Assembly: GCF_001194135.2 (NCBI RefSeq)
Contig: NC_068982.1
Location: 37,148,466-37,212,465 of the forward strand
Reading direction: 5' to 3'
Source of the DNA: Octopus bimaculoides
Lineage: Eukaryota
Length of the DNA: 64,000 nucleotides
The notes below the pieces were generated by a model. It made no database searches, was not told the DNA's origin, and saw only the letters and a program-made list of their open reading frames with translations. Both the position numbers and the translations under genes were made by a program. Of this stretch, positions 1 through 11,230 are shown in pieces (the first letter of the stretch is position 1; each line of letters opens with the position of its first letter).

Positions 1-147
1 CCATTCTTCTATCCCAAGTTTCCTCATTGACCACCAGATAAGGGATCGGGGGACCCTGTCAAAGGCTTTCTCCATGTCAACAAAAGCCAGGTACAGAGGT
101 TTATCCTTGGCTAGGTATTTCTCTTGCAACTGTCTCACTAGAAATGC
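1..147 (-). mobile_element. RTE-clade LINE, reverse transcriptase fragment (young, 5'-truncated; continues off the left edge)
   Basis: Uninterrupted 49-codon frame AFLVRQLQEKYLAKDKPLYLAFVDMEKAFDRVPRSLIWWSMRKLGIEEW, containing the non-LTR RT motif FVDxEKAFDRV. Confidence 0.92.
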
Positions 148-242
148 CATTCTAAAAATATTCAGTCACATCATCAAAATCTCAAAGCTACAAGATAATG
201 CATGATTAATTCAAAACAATGTGAGTAAATAAGCATTACATA
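148..242. mobile_element. Fragment of a non-coding dispersed repeat (probably MITE-like)
   Basis: Sequence gataatgcatgattaattcaaaacaatgtgagtaaataagcattaca resembles a common octopus repeat as I recall it; not verified and no TIR pair is visible here. Confidence 0.3.
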
Positions 243-685
243 AAGCATTGAACTTTTCTTGGTCCAAGGATACCTTTTGTGGAATTCAAACAGTTGCCTC
301 AACTCTACAATTTGAACATAACTTTTCTTTCTCCCTTTCATTAGTCACAGAGGGTCATGGACACTACCCTCCTTCTTGACTAAGCAATAAAAAAAACATA
401 AATTAACATCATTTTACTTCTGTGTTTAATTTGACAGTACTAGATTTTCATATTATTTTGTATTAAAATTCCTTTTTTCATACAGCACTGTAGGCATATT
501 GCTAGGTTTACATTTAATATTTTCATTTATATTTGCTTTGACTTTTTCATGCTACTCATTTGTTGAATTGCTTCAACATTTTTCATTATGCCTTGAATCT
601 GCATAATTTCATATTGAAGATCAGTTGCATTTAAATACAGTTATCTATTTTGCCTCTGTAAGGCATGGGGTTATACATCTGTACA

Positions 686-724
<39 letters not shown>
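686..724. repeat. Compound (TG)n(GA)n microsatellite
   Basis: Directly visible. Confidence 0.95.
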
Positions 725-725
<1 letters not shown>

Positions 726-3429
726 TGAGTGAAATAGTGTTTATAATGTGTGTGCATAAGTAGAAATGCTACTTCCTAAATTTAGTTTTTAAAATAGTAA
801 TGATGGTGTTTGAAATTTATGTTAATAAAAAGAGTGATGAATGAGTGAATCTGAGTAAAGATATTAAATCATAAGTCAAAGCATGAAACTCAACATGTTC
901 TAATTACCTCTGTCTAAGTTGCTATCAAACCCACTGAGTGATATAAATGTTTGTGTTATTTATAACATACTGTCTTCAGTACTTATACAAGTCTCCTAAT
1001 TTGTTGTCTTTAACATGGAAGAATAAGTGTAATCTGAGATAAAGAAATGAGATTCTACAATGTCTTTTTGATCTTGAAATTTAGCCAGTGAAATATCTGG
1101 TCTGACTTCAGAATTAATTACTTAGGCCAGTTACAGTGTTTAGTTTTCTGACAAAATGAAACATCAACAGCAGCAGTTAGGGAGTGGGGATGAAATCAGT
1201 TGAAAGATGAAATCAGATACTTCTGGAAATATTCCAAAATGAACATCTTCTCCTTAATCCATTGGTGTCATTTTTACAGATGATAAGTGCACAATTATAC
1301 TGGTTATCAGGTGCTGAGAAGGTAGTTAATCATTGGTGTCAACTTACTAAATACACATTCAAAACAATTTGTATTCAACAGATGTCTCCAACTATGGTAC
1401 TATATGAATAAGGTTTTTATTTGACATCTTTATTATTAATTCCAAAACAATCAAGGAAGTACAAGGAAACAGTTTCTCTCCCCACCTCTCATGCACACAC
1501 CTTTTTATGTGTAGGGACAAAGGTATCCTAACTGCATTAGAATTCTATTTTTTGACAACCACTTTTATATTGGATATTAAAAAATGATAGTGGAATATTG
1601 AGGTGTGTCCGTGTACACACTAACATATAAATGTGTATGCACCTATGTATTGCTTAGATCATGTGAATTGTTGTACACTATTATGCAAAAGAAAGAATAA
1701 AGCCATTGTACTTTGGTTTGAAAGATTAAACAGTTGGAAGTTGACAATTAAATATTACTTGGATTAAATCCTGGAGGAAATGTAAATTCCTTTTAATATT
1801 AATTACTTATATTACATATTCATCACACAGCTGCATTGATAACATTAATTCCACTAAAATAAATATCTTTCTATAATCATTAGGGTATTTAGTGAATGAT
1901 CTATTTCTTATTAAAATAACTCTTTTTTTACAAGGGTTTTACTTCTGGAATTTGAAAATTATAATTTTTAATCATTGTAGCTTTTAATATAATCAAGAAT
2001 TTTACTTGATTCAAAAAGATTCAATGTACATTTTCTTTAATTAGAGCATCATGTATACTTTTCCACTTAAAGCAAAATTTTATATATAGCTTATTTTGTA
2101 TGTTTTCTGTATAAAATACTTTTCTGTTCATTTATTCTAGATTATACTTTCAGTTTTGTTTGAAGCTAGATAGAGCTTACATATTTGCTAAGACCTTTCA
2201 CACCATCCTGCAGTGATCTCAACGTGTTTTCTGAAAGTACCGGAAATTTTCTTTAGTAGGGGGGCTCAGTGAACGACTCTTTGATATATCTTACTTTGGG
2301 GAGATATTATTTCACAAGCACGTTATAGTTAAATTGTTCAGCTACTTGGAATTATGTCATTTCATTCTGAATGTTATGCCAACTGACATAAGGTATAAAC
2401 AAGTGCAGACATGCTTCAGTAAGATCCCAAGCAAACTATCACAGAACAAATATAGAATGAAAGGTTTATGAAACAAAATCTCAGAGCTCTGACATGTGCT
2501 TAGATTATTAACTTTAAGTAACGTAAAAGCCAAACTTGTTTGCTTTTGGGTACTAAGAGAAGCTACGTCAATGAAACCAGCATCTGATTTTAATCTGGTA
2601 GAGTAGTATGTCTTTAATATGTTTCTTGAGTGTTTTCTCTTGCTGGACTATTTATTTTGGGAGACTTGTAATGATATAGTATTGTAATGAATGATGGTGT
2701 AATTTGTTTAGTAGACAACTAATTATGATTAAGTTATTAAGAATATTTGGGGTTTTTTGTTTTTGTTTTTGTCTGATATAAATTTGGAGACAGTATGATA
2801 TTGCAATATGTATTACGAAGAATTTCTTTTTAATAGAGAAATGGTTCGTTGTATAACATAAACATTAGCTTAACAAAAATTCATAACTTTTATTCTTTTT
2901 TATATCCTTTTTGTTCACATTACTGCATTTTCAAGATGATATTTTATGAAAGTTTCAATACTCTATACAATTAACTTGGATGAGAAGCACTTTATGTTTG
3001 TGTTGGGATACAGAACCACATACACTACATATTTTAGACAACTGTAAAAGAAATTCTTAGTTAAAATTAAGCGTCTTTCCACCTGAAGAAGATCAGTGAC
3101 AAAGTTTCTTCCTTTGACATCTCTTGAGTTCTGTGGAAACTAAATGTAGGTAAATAATTTGTGAAGGTCTTCCAAGTCATTACAGGGATGTTATAAACAA
3201 GGTTCGGAGTGGTTGTTTATGAAGATTTTGTGTTCACCACCACCACCAGCTGCCTTTCTGTTCATTGCAGTTTTCTTATAGCTATATCACAAGAATTTAG
3301 AAATTTTTGTAAGCTGATGATCTGATGGAAAGTAGCAGAAACAACCTGGAACAGTGGTCTGAAGTTCAAAGTTCATTATAGTAAAGACCAGAAAGCTAGT
3401 TAGTAAAAGGAAGCATGTATTTCTACTGC

Positions 3430-3830
3430 CAATTTAGAAGTGGCCTTGCTCATTTTTGGTTCTGATTGAAGCTTCTAGAATACAGCCAGATGCAGAAATT
3501 TATCAAATGTATGATTCTCGACATATCAGTCTTGGCTAGGTGTGAAACTCCTCATACAATAGTATCCTTCATACTGTGGTAGAAGTCAAGCTCTGAGTTA
3601 CAATAAGCTATAGCTTATGTGCATTTTATAGAGCACTGTTGTTGCAGCAGTTTATCACTTGCATTATAGTCTTTTGATGGTGAGTTTTGTCAGTTTCTGC
3701 CCTAGCAACTGTAGTAATCCAGAGAGCTTTCCTCTTGACTTGAGTTGGCTGTGAAGCATTTGTCCAGGGTAGACAAATGTACTCAATGATGCTTAATTAA
3801 GGCTTGCATCAAATATCCATAATACTAGTG
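3430..3830 (-). mobile_element. Highly decayed RTE-like LINE 3' remnant
   Basis: Fragmentary minus-strand peptides such as RILLYEEFHT resemble the RTE C-terminal xLYGEL motif; many stops and frameshifts. Confidence 0.3.
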
Positions 3831-4849
3831 TGGATTTGTGATGTAAATGAATTATGAATGTATGTAAAAAGTGCTTGCAAGAGGAATACCAGGGAAAGTG
3901 TTGAAAGAGGTCTTGTCAGATCTAAAGCTACAGGATCTTGTGTAAAAGGTAGCAAAAGACTGAGATGTTTGGCAATAAGTATAGCAGACACAGTTGATCC
4001 ATGTCAGTAAGGAAAAACTGACATTAAGTAAATAAAGAAATATTCTGTATTTATAACAGCAGTAAATGAGCACCATATTCTTTTACTAAAGTCAGCACTT
4101 TAAGAAATTCTGTTCTATCACTCTTTACCTCACATAATGCAAATATAGCAGATCAGTAGTCCAGATTTTACCTTAAGCAATCTTAGAAATATACCATTCT
4201 TCTTAAGAATTTACTACAAGTTTATTGGCAAGATTTCCCTTCAATGTCTTTATTTATTTATCTTTTTTTTTATTGTGCTTGAAACTAGTTTTAGCTTAAC
4301 ATATAATGTTTGATTATTATTATGAATATCGTCATTCAAAGGTCTCTGCAACTTTTGTCTTATACTATTCAATGCATTTTAAGATATGCTTAATTCAGAT
4401 GTTTATCTTTAAACCCAGAAAATATAATTAAAATAGAAATTATATATTGAGATACTAAATTTTTAACTATTGAAGCTTAGCTGTCCCTAATACGCACAAG
4501 TTAATTATCATCATCTTTGTGATTGATAATTTTAAGTGTTCCTTACTCAAAATAACCTTCTTGTACACATGGTTGTCAAGAAAGAAAAATATGAGTTAGG
4601 CAAGAGCAAGCAAGCTTAACTATGTGGAACAAACAGGTGTTAACTCTGGAAATTCATGTTGAGATTGATGAGTAATGTAATTGAGAAAAGAAAGCTGTAA
4701 ATACTTCAAACGTAGCTAACAAAGTAAAAAAACCTTGTGTTGGAATAGTGATATATTAGTCACATTTTTAGCTTCAAAAATTGTATAGAGAAGTATCATT
4801 CCTAATGACTAGTAATACTATTACAAATTTCTAGAAAAATGAGGATGCA

Positions 4850-6230
4850 TAAATAAAAGGAAATTACAAGGACTCGGTTTAAAGGACTACATGATGAAGT
4901 TGGTGTAAATGATTATGGCAAATATAGTATAGGACTGGTTGGTGTTTAAGTTTGCATCAGGACATGAAACAAGAATGTTGTGTATGCTTGATAACCCCTA
5001 GAAATATATTTTGCAAAAACTTGCATTTGCTAACTTGATAAATGCATTTAACAGGTAGTTATAATTTGTAGTCCAGTGAGCCATGAGAACTCTATATATA
5101 GAAATATAACCAACAAAACATTCTTTGATATATGAAAATGCTAACATTAACATTATTATAAGTGGTCATAAGGAGAAAAATTTGATGTTCATTTGAATGT
5201 ATTTATAAATTTCTACTCTTAGATCACATTTTATTTTGAATCATTGAGTTAGTCATGAAGATGTTGAAGGCTAGATCATCATGGAGAATAAATCTATGAT
5301 GTTCACCTATTCCTCATTGCATTATCCATCAAGATTAAAAACTTAAAGGTATCAGTAAAGTTTGCAAAAGTTTAAAAACTTGAGAGAACTGATCTTGTGC
5401 AAAATTCAGGTAGTTCAAGAGTGCTTAGCATATACAAATTATAGGTTTACAACATTGCAGATCACTTTTAAACCAGTCGGAGATTCAACACTTCAAATGC
5501 ACTAGATTCACTTGAGTGAACAATAGTTAAGTTTTGCTATTTTGGTGTCATATTTAGCACTGGATACATATCTAATTTTATAGGCATATAACATAAAAAT
5601 CAATGGGAAAATAGGTTTCACATTACGGAATTCACTGTTTCAGCAAGATTTTCAGTAATGAAGTGCTCTCATAACACAGGGGTGCCTGTAGTATATATAT
5701 AGTGGCTGGTGTTTGAAGTTGGAGTCAAAATTTACTTTTGTTGGAATCATGCCATGTGAAGGACTGTGTGAAACTTGTGTAATAGGTGTGATGCTGTATA
5801 TTAGTGAAAAATTAGAAGAAAACACAAGATCTCAAGAGACTGAAGTTGAGTATAAACTGACAAAATAGAGCACATGGTTGTGGAATACAACTGGGAATCA
5901 ACAACATTGGTAAATGTTGTTATAAAGTTCTAAATCAACTCTGATCAAGCAGACTTAAAATCAAATGTATTCCAGCCTTAACAATTCCATTTTTTTTTTT
6001 TTCAAAGACAAATATATGTAAGACCTCATTATCCAGCACATTCTTTTTGTATATTATTAGCCTGTGATGTGAAGATTTTATAGCTATTTCTATCAAATCA
6101 AGCAACAGGATAGAGACACATTGGCTCATAATCATATATGTATGCAGGAGAGCCAACTAATTTGCTATGGAAATGTGATAGTGGATGATAACAAATTTGT
6201 GAGTTGGTAGTGGGAGGTGCCCTCAATAGG
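4850..6230 (+). mobile_element. Decayed RTE LINE (RT and C-terminal region)
   Basis: IVKFCYFGVIFS (from 5523, FxYLG motif), EGLCETCVIGVMLYISEK (~5758, CVxxxMLYGSETW motif) and LICYGNV (~6165, LRWYGHV motif) occur in the expected order. Confidence 0.55.
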
Positions 6231-6673
6231 TATCTTCCAATTAAACTTGTGAACTTGAACTTAATCAAGGAAATAATGAATTAGGGTGAGACACAAATCC
6301 ATCTAATCCATGCAATGTTTTAGTTAATATTTTCCAACACATTAACATTAAGTGCAATAATTGTTATGTTCATAACTCTTTGATTTATTCAATAACTGGG
6401 AAGAGTTCTACTATTGTGTTTGTGTGTATTATAACTATAAATGCACAAAAACAAAAAAAAAGAGGGTTGTCACTTGTTAGTATTCAATGCTTTTTTTCAT
6501 GTTGCTCCAATAGAATGCAGGTGCATCTCTCTCTCTCCATCTAGGATGTTCCCATTGTAAGGATTGGGAAGGCTAAACAGTTGACCGTATCTACTTGCAG
6601 CTTTATAAGCACCTAAAACAATTGGCTAAAGCATGGTACATGCTGCCATGTTATATTTGCTGGTGATTTGGTT

Positions 6674-6679
6674 TATGTA

Positions 6680-6736
<57 letters not shown>

Positions 6737-6788
6737 TTGTATGTATGTATGTGTGTGTGTATATCTATATCTATATATNNNNNNNNNN

Positions 6789-6850
<62 letters not shown>

Positions 6851-6860
6851 TGCATACACA
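6674..6860. repeat. Compound (TG)n(TA)n(CA)n microsatellite, two blocks, with a 10-N gap
   Basis: Directly visible; source of six spurious ORFs in the track. Confidence 0.95.
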
Positions 6861-7559
6861 AATATACTGAATTCAAATGAAAATAATTTAGAAATTTGAG
6901 ACTTCAGTTTTAGTGTGTAATCATTTCATTTTAATCTCTAAATGAATCAGACATGAATATATAATTTCTTAATCATCTTTTCTTGAAATGTAAGGTTTAG
7001 AGGAAAGCATGTGTAATTTTATCTGACATAGTAAAGTAGCAAATTTTTAAATACTAACATCTTTCTTGCTAGTATTGAGTGATTTGGAGTTGTATATATA
7101 AAAAAAAATTCCGGATTTTGATATAGCAGTTTGCACTGTAATACATTGATTTCTTCTTTCACATATATATATTTACTACTGATTTATTGGAAAGAAAATT
7201 TAGCTTGGAAGTCAATATTTTAATACTGTTCAATTTATAACTGAAATTATAGCTATAACATTTTAAATAAGTGAAAATCTTGACAAAAGATACATGATAT
7301 TTTTGAAAATTTCTAAACTATACTTTAGCTTTATGAATTGCAACTAGATAAAAAAAAAAAAAAGAACACACCTACACAAAAAGAAACTGTTATTAACTTA
7401 AACTTATCAAATCATTGAAAAATTCATATTTTCATTAAAGAAATTTAATTTCTCATTAAAAATGCCAAGAAACATTTATTTTGTTTTGTTAACTGAAGGG
7501 ATAAAATATATAGTATCATCCTTGTTTTAATTTTGAGATAAATTTATGTAGATTTTTCA

Positions 7560-7775
7560 AGCTGTTTGTCAGTTGAGCTGGTCTGTTCAGTCCTCGTTCA
7601 TTTTCAGGGCTCATATCACTCTTCAGCAACTTGATTTCATATTTTTTTCAGGTTCTCAGTATTTTCAGCTGGTGCATAGACAACCACCACTATACATAGT
7701 CTTTTGCAATATGCTTTGATAGCAATTTTGTGATGTCTGCCTCATAGCAAAGGCTCAGACAAGAGTTGTGATGTT
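7560..7775 (-). mobile_element. RTE-like LINE APE endonuclease fragment, inverted relative to the adjacent RT
   Basis: Minus-strand LSEPLL*GRHHKIAIKAYCKRLCIVVVVYAPAENTENLKK contains the APE VYAPT-like motif. Confidence 0.5.
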
Positions 7776-7789
7776 GTGAACAAATATGG

Positions 7790-8870
7790 AATATCATTAA
7801 ACAGTGTCTGGAGTTCCAGTGATCATTGTAAAATTTTGTTTTCTTCAAAAAAGCATTTGATAGTATTCATTTTGGATGTCTTTGTGGAACACCACAAAAG
7901 CTACTGGTTCCTGAAGCACTAACATTTCCATCTGTAGAAGTATTAGGAAGATGATAAATAGAAATGCTAGATACTTTGCTACCATTATCATGGATGCATT
8001 TTGTTACTAATATTCCTAATCATGGATCTAAATTTGAAAGAGGTAATTGATAGAAGTTAATGTAACATCTAATTTAAAGATCAGAGATAGTTGACCAACC
8101 TGGGATTTATTGATAATGCTGCATTGTTTGCAAAATACAGAACTGGTCTGCAAAGGTTGACTTATCACCTAATTGAAGCAATAAAGAAAACTAGACTGAG
8201 AATGAATGCAGAGAAGCTAAAGGCTATGGAGGTAGGCTAAGGAATGAGAGACTGCACCTTGACTGTTGAAAACTTGACTCAGAGATGTGAGCTAACATGT
8301 ATATTTTGGCAGTGTTCTGTAAAATGACAAATGTTGAAACCAATGTCAAATACAAAATCAGAAAGGCAGTAGCAGTATTTCAGTAAATGTCCAAAATCTG
8401 GTCCAAGAACATACTGGATACTGTCATTAAAATCCACTTATCTAATACCACCACATAACCAATAGCACCCCTTTGCAGGTGAAACATGGACAAAAATAAC
8501 CAAAACGTAAGATGTGTTTTATCAAAAGTACTTGAGGAAAATCTTGAGAATTTCATATTTTTGATCATATCAGAAACGGAAAACCTTTAAAAGTTGTGAA
8601 AAGTTCAAGGTACACTAACTGAATGAAGAATGCAATTGGTTGGTCACATTCTAAAAGAGCCAGATCATGGATTCACAAAACTGCATTGATATGGTCAGCA
8701 ACAAGAGGAAGATGAGGACAATCATGGGCCATAGGTCACTCAACCTTTCAAGAGGTCCTAGAAGCTGTGAAAACAGAGCGCACAACCAATCAAAATACTG
8801 GAGGAAGACAGCCACCTGCTGCTCAAATTTGCACAGAATGGACCAATTGACTAAAGAATATGCCATGAAA
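7790..8870 (+). mobile_element. Decayed RTE-like LINE RT and 3' region
   Basis: KKAFDSI-like motif (~7850), DNAALFAKYRTGLQRLTYHLIEAIKKTRLRMNAEKLKAM (8112 onward; DD motif and GLxINxxKTKxM), WxGHIL (~8640). Confidence 0.65.
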
Positions 8871-9399
8871 GAGAAAATTTTCTTTAAATAAAAACAAAAA
8901 GTGTGAGTCCTTCCTTTCAGTCAACTTAATAATACAAACCTTCACTCAGCCAAACCTGTTTATATCTGTAGAATACTGCAAGACTTGCTTATAGAACAAA
9001 ATAAGTATTCATATCACAATATTAAATGTGTATGTGTGCTATACACATACATGCATAGACAGACAGAAAAATGGTTAATCAATATAACTGTGAGTTCAAC
9101 AAAATATATTTTGTTTCACCTGAGGGCTTTGTCAGGGACACAAACAAAATCATTTTTCTGGCAAGTTTTGAATTTTGAAGCTATTTCCATTCAGACTATA
9201 CTTACAATATAGGTTAGTATTCCATACCACATTGTGCTTAACTAATCACCAAATCTTATGATTTGTTAAAAAAATATTATCTCTTTATTGCTAGCAGTGA
9301 AAATGGAATTCACAACAAAACTTTCCTAACAATTGTTATACTATTCACTTGCTTTCTTTACTTACCTCCTTTTTCTTTTTCTTTTTCCTTCTTTTTTAA

Positions 9400-9770
9400 A
9401 TTGCCTCTCATTCCAGTTGAAAGGTGTTTAGAACACCTTTTTCTCAAATCATTGAACTATTGCCAGAATAAATTCTACTTGCATGGCAGTAACATCAATA
9501 TATATCTTCATCATTTAATGACCACTTTCAATGCTGGCACTGTTTGTTGCATCATCACAGTCTGTAGTAATTCTTATTCAGACTTACTGCCCTTTTAGAT
9601 GAGTTGGAGAATCACGTCTCACTTATACATTTCAATTTTGGCTTGATTTCTCTTAGTTTCTAAATTTATATATATATATATANNNNNNNNNNNNNNNNNN
9701 NNNNNNNNNNNNNNNNNNNNNNNNNNNNNNNNNNNNNNNNNNATATATATAAATATAAATTTAATAACAT

Positions 9771-9805
<35 letters not shown>

Positions 9806-10560
9806 AATTTAATAAAGCACACATAAGCCAATCTTCCTCCTATACATCATTAATGTACTTGCTCATTTCTATGCAGATGATACCAACACCTTCTTTACCT
9901 GCTGCACCCAGGTGTCATCAATATACTAAACATTTCATTCAAAATCTGCAAACTTCAGATGCATTCACACCAATCTTGTCTTTTTACACTATTCTTGTCA
10001 AGTTCAGCATCACAAAAAAATACAATCACTACTCATGTCATGAAAACATTATCAAAACCAACACTCTAAATATCACACAATTAGAATACTCAAAATCACT
10101 AAATGTTAGGTTTATTCATCACTGGGGATCTCTTGGCAAATCCACCACCTCAACATATGCAAAACTGCATCACAAAGACTGAGTTTTCTTCTTCAGAGCC
10201 AAAAATAGTTCATCCCCCAATAACTACTAACTCTCTATAAAGGTCACTCAAGAATCACAATGGAGTAGTACTCCTACATCTTGAATAGTGCTGCTGCTAC
10301 TACTCATGCAAATACTGTAAACTGCATCCAAAGAAAGTCCACTTATTGCCATGAAGTTGCTGAGCAACACAGGAATTCTAATCCATAGACATGCTGCCTC
10401 CTTTCTCTGCCTTTTATACCACTACTGCAGTAGCCTCTGCTCTCTGAAGTCATCTTGTCTCAGATCACCTCCACTCAATTCTGACTCACTCATCTATCTT
10501 CCTCTTAATATTCTTAAAGCAATTAAAACTCAGTGCATGATTCTAAATAGATATTTTCTG
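9400..10560 (+). mobile_element. CR1/L2-group LINE remnant, split by a TA/CA microsatellite and a gap
   Basis: IFLLYIINVLAHFYADDT with intact YADD at 9870-9881; downstream NCIQRKS and HRHAASFLCLLYHYCSSLCS match the CR1-type HRRxxAxLxLFYxY...CS C-terminus. Confidence 0.7.
9667..9804. repeat. (TA)n/(CA)n microsatellite with a 60-N gap
   Basis: Directly visible. Confidence 0.9.
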
Positions 10561-10989
10561 CAATTGTTAATTGCTGAAAGTAGGTTGTGCATTCTTTTCA
10601 TTGTTAGATGGTAAGCATAAAAATGTTTAAAGTTTTGTTTCAGGTGAATGTAAAGAATTTCAAAAAACCACTGCACTTATATCAAAATATTATTTCTTCC
10701 CAAGTCGACATTCCTTCATACTTAGTATGTACTCTCATAGCCTGCTTGTACTTAGCATCAGTTATTCACATTACATATCTATACTATAATAATTGACTGT
10801 TTGCATACATCTTTCAATATTTTACTCACCTAGATTTTTTTTTTTTCTCATTATCACATCCTTTCTTGCAAACTAATGTATATCCATTAGATTATCTTCA
10901 CAGGTTCTCTGCAACTTCTGTGTATATTTTATTGCTGTAAACTATCCCATTTTCTCATTTCTGATTCACATCTTATATAGTTTACATTA

Positions 10990-11230
10990 TCTTCATCATC
11001 TTTTTATGTCTGTCTTCCATGCTTGCTGAATAGTTTGGCAGGATCCAATGGGTTGAAGGACTGCATCATGTTCCATTGTTTACTTTGTTATGGTTTCTAC
11101 AGCTGGATGGTCTTCATTGTACCAACCACCTTACATAATGTACTGGGTGCTTTTTGTGATTGTACCAGCTTTAGTAAGGTCACCATGTAGCTCAAAAGAC
11201 TAAGATCTCCTTTGACTATGTAATAAGAGA
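10990..11230 (-). mobile_element. Old SINE copy with RTE-type tail
   Basis: gtttctacagctggatg, accaaccac and gggtgctttt match the younger copies at 31353-31646 and 48068-48570. Confidence 0.55.

Noticed and set aside
3315-3381. Peptide ADDLMESSRNNLEQWSEVQSSL looked spectrin-like
   Set aside because: Bounded by stops, no polypyrimidine acceptor and no good donor.
6626-6899. Six overlapping ORFs (VCVC/YIYI/THTH)
   Set aside because: Translations of dinucleotide microsatellite across an N gap. The same applies to the ORFs at 9619, 20339-20613, 38162, 43635-44091 and 50168.
10631-10649. ttttgtttcag|gtgaat as a second recursive splice site
   Set aside because: Short pyrimidine tract, no clear branch point, next to a LINE remnant; expected by chance. 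Worth testing only together with 51657.
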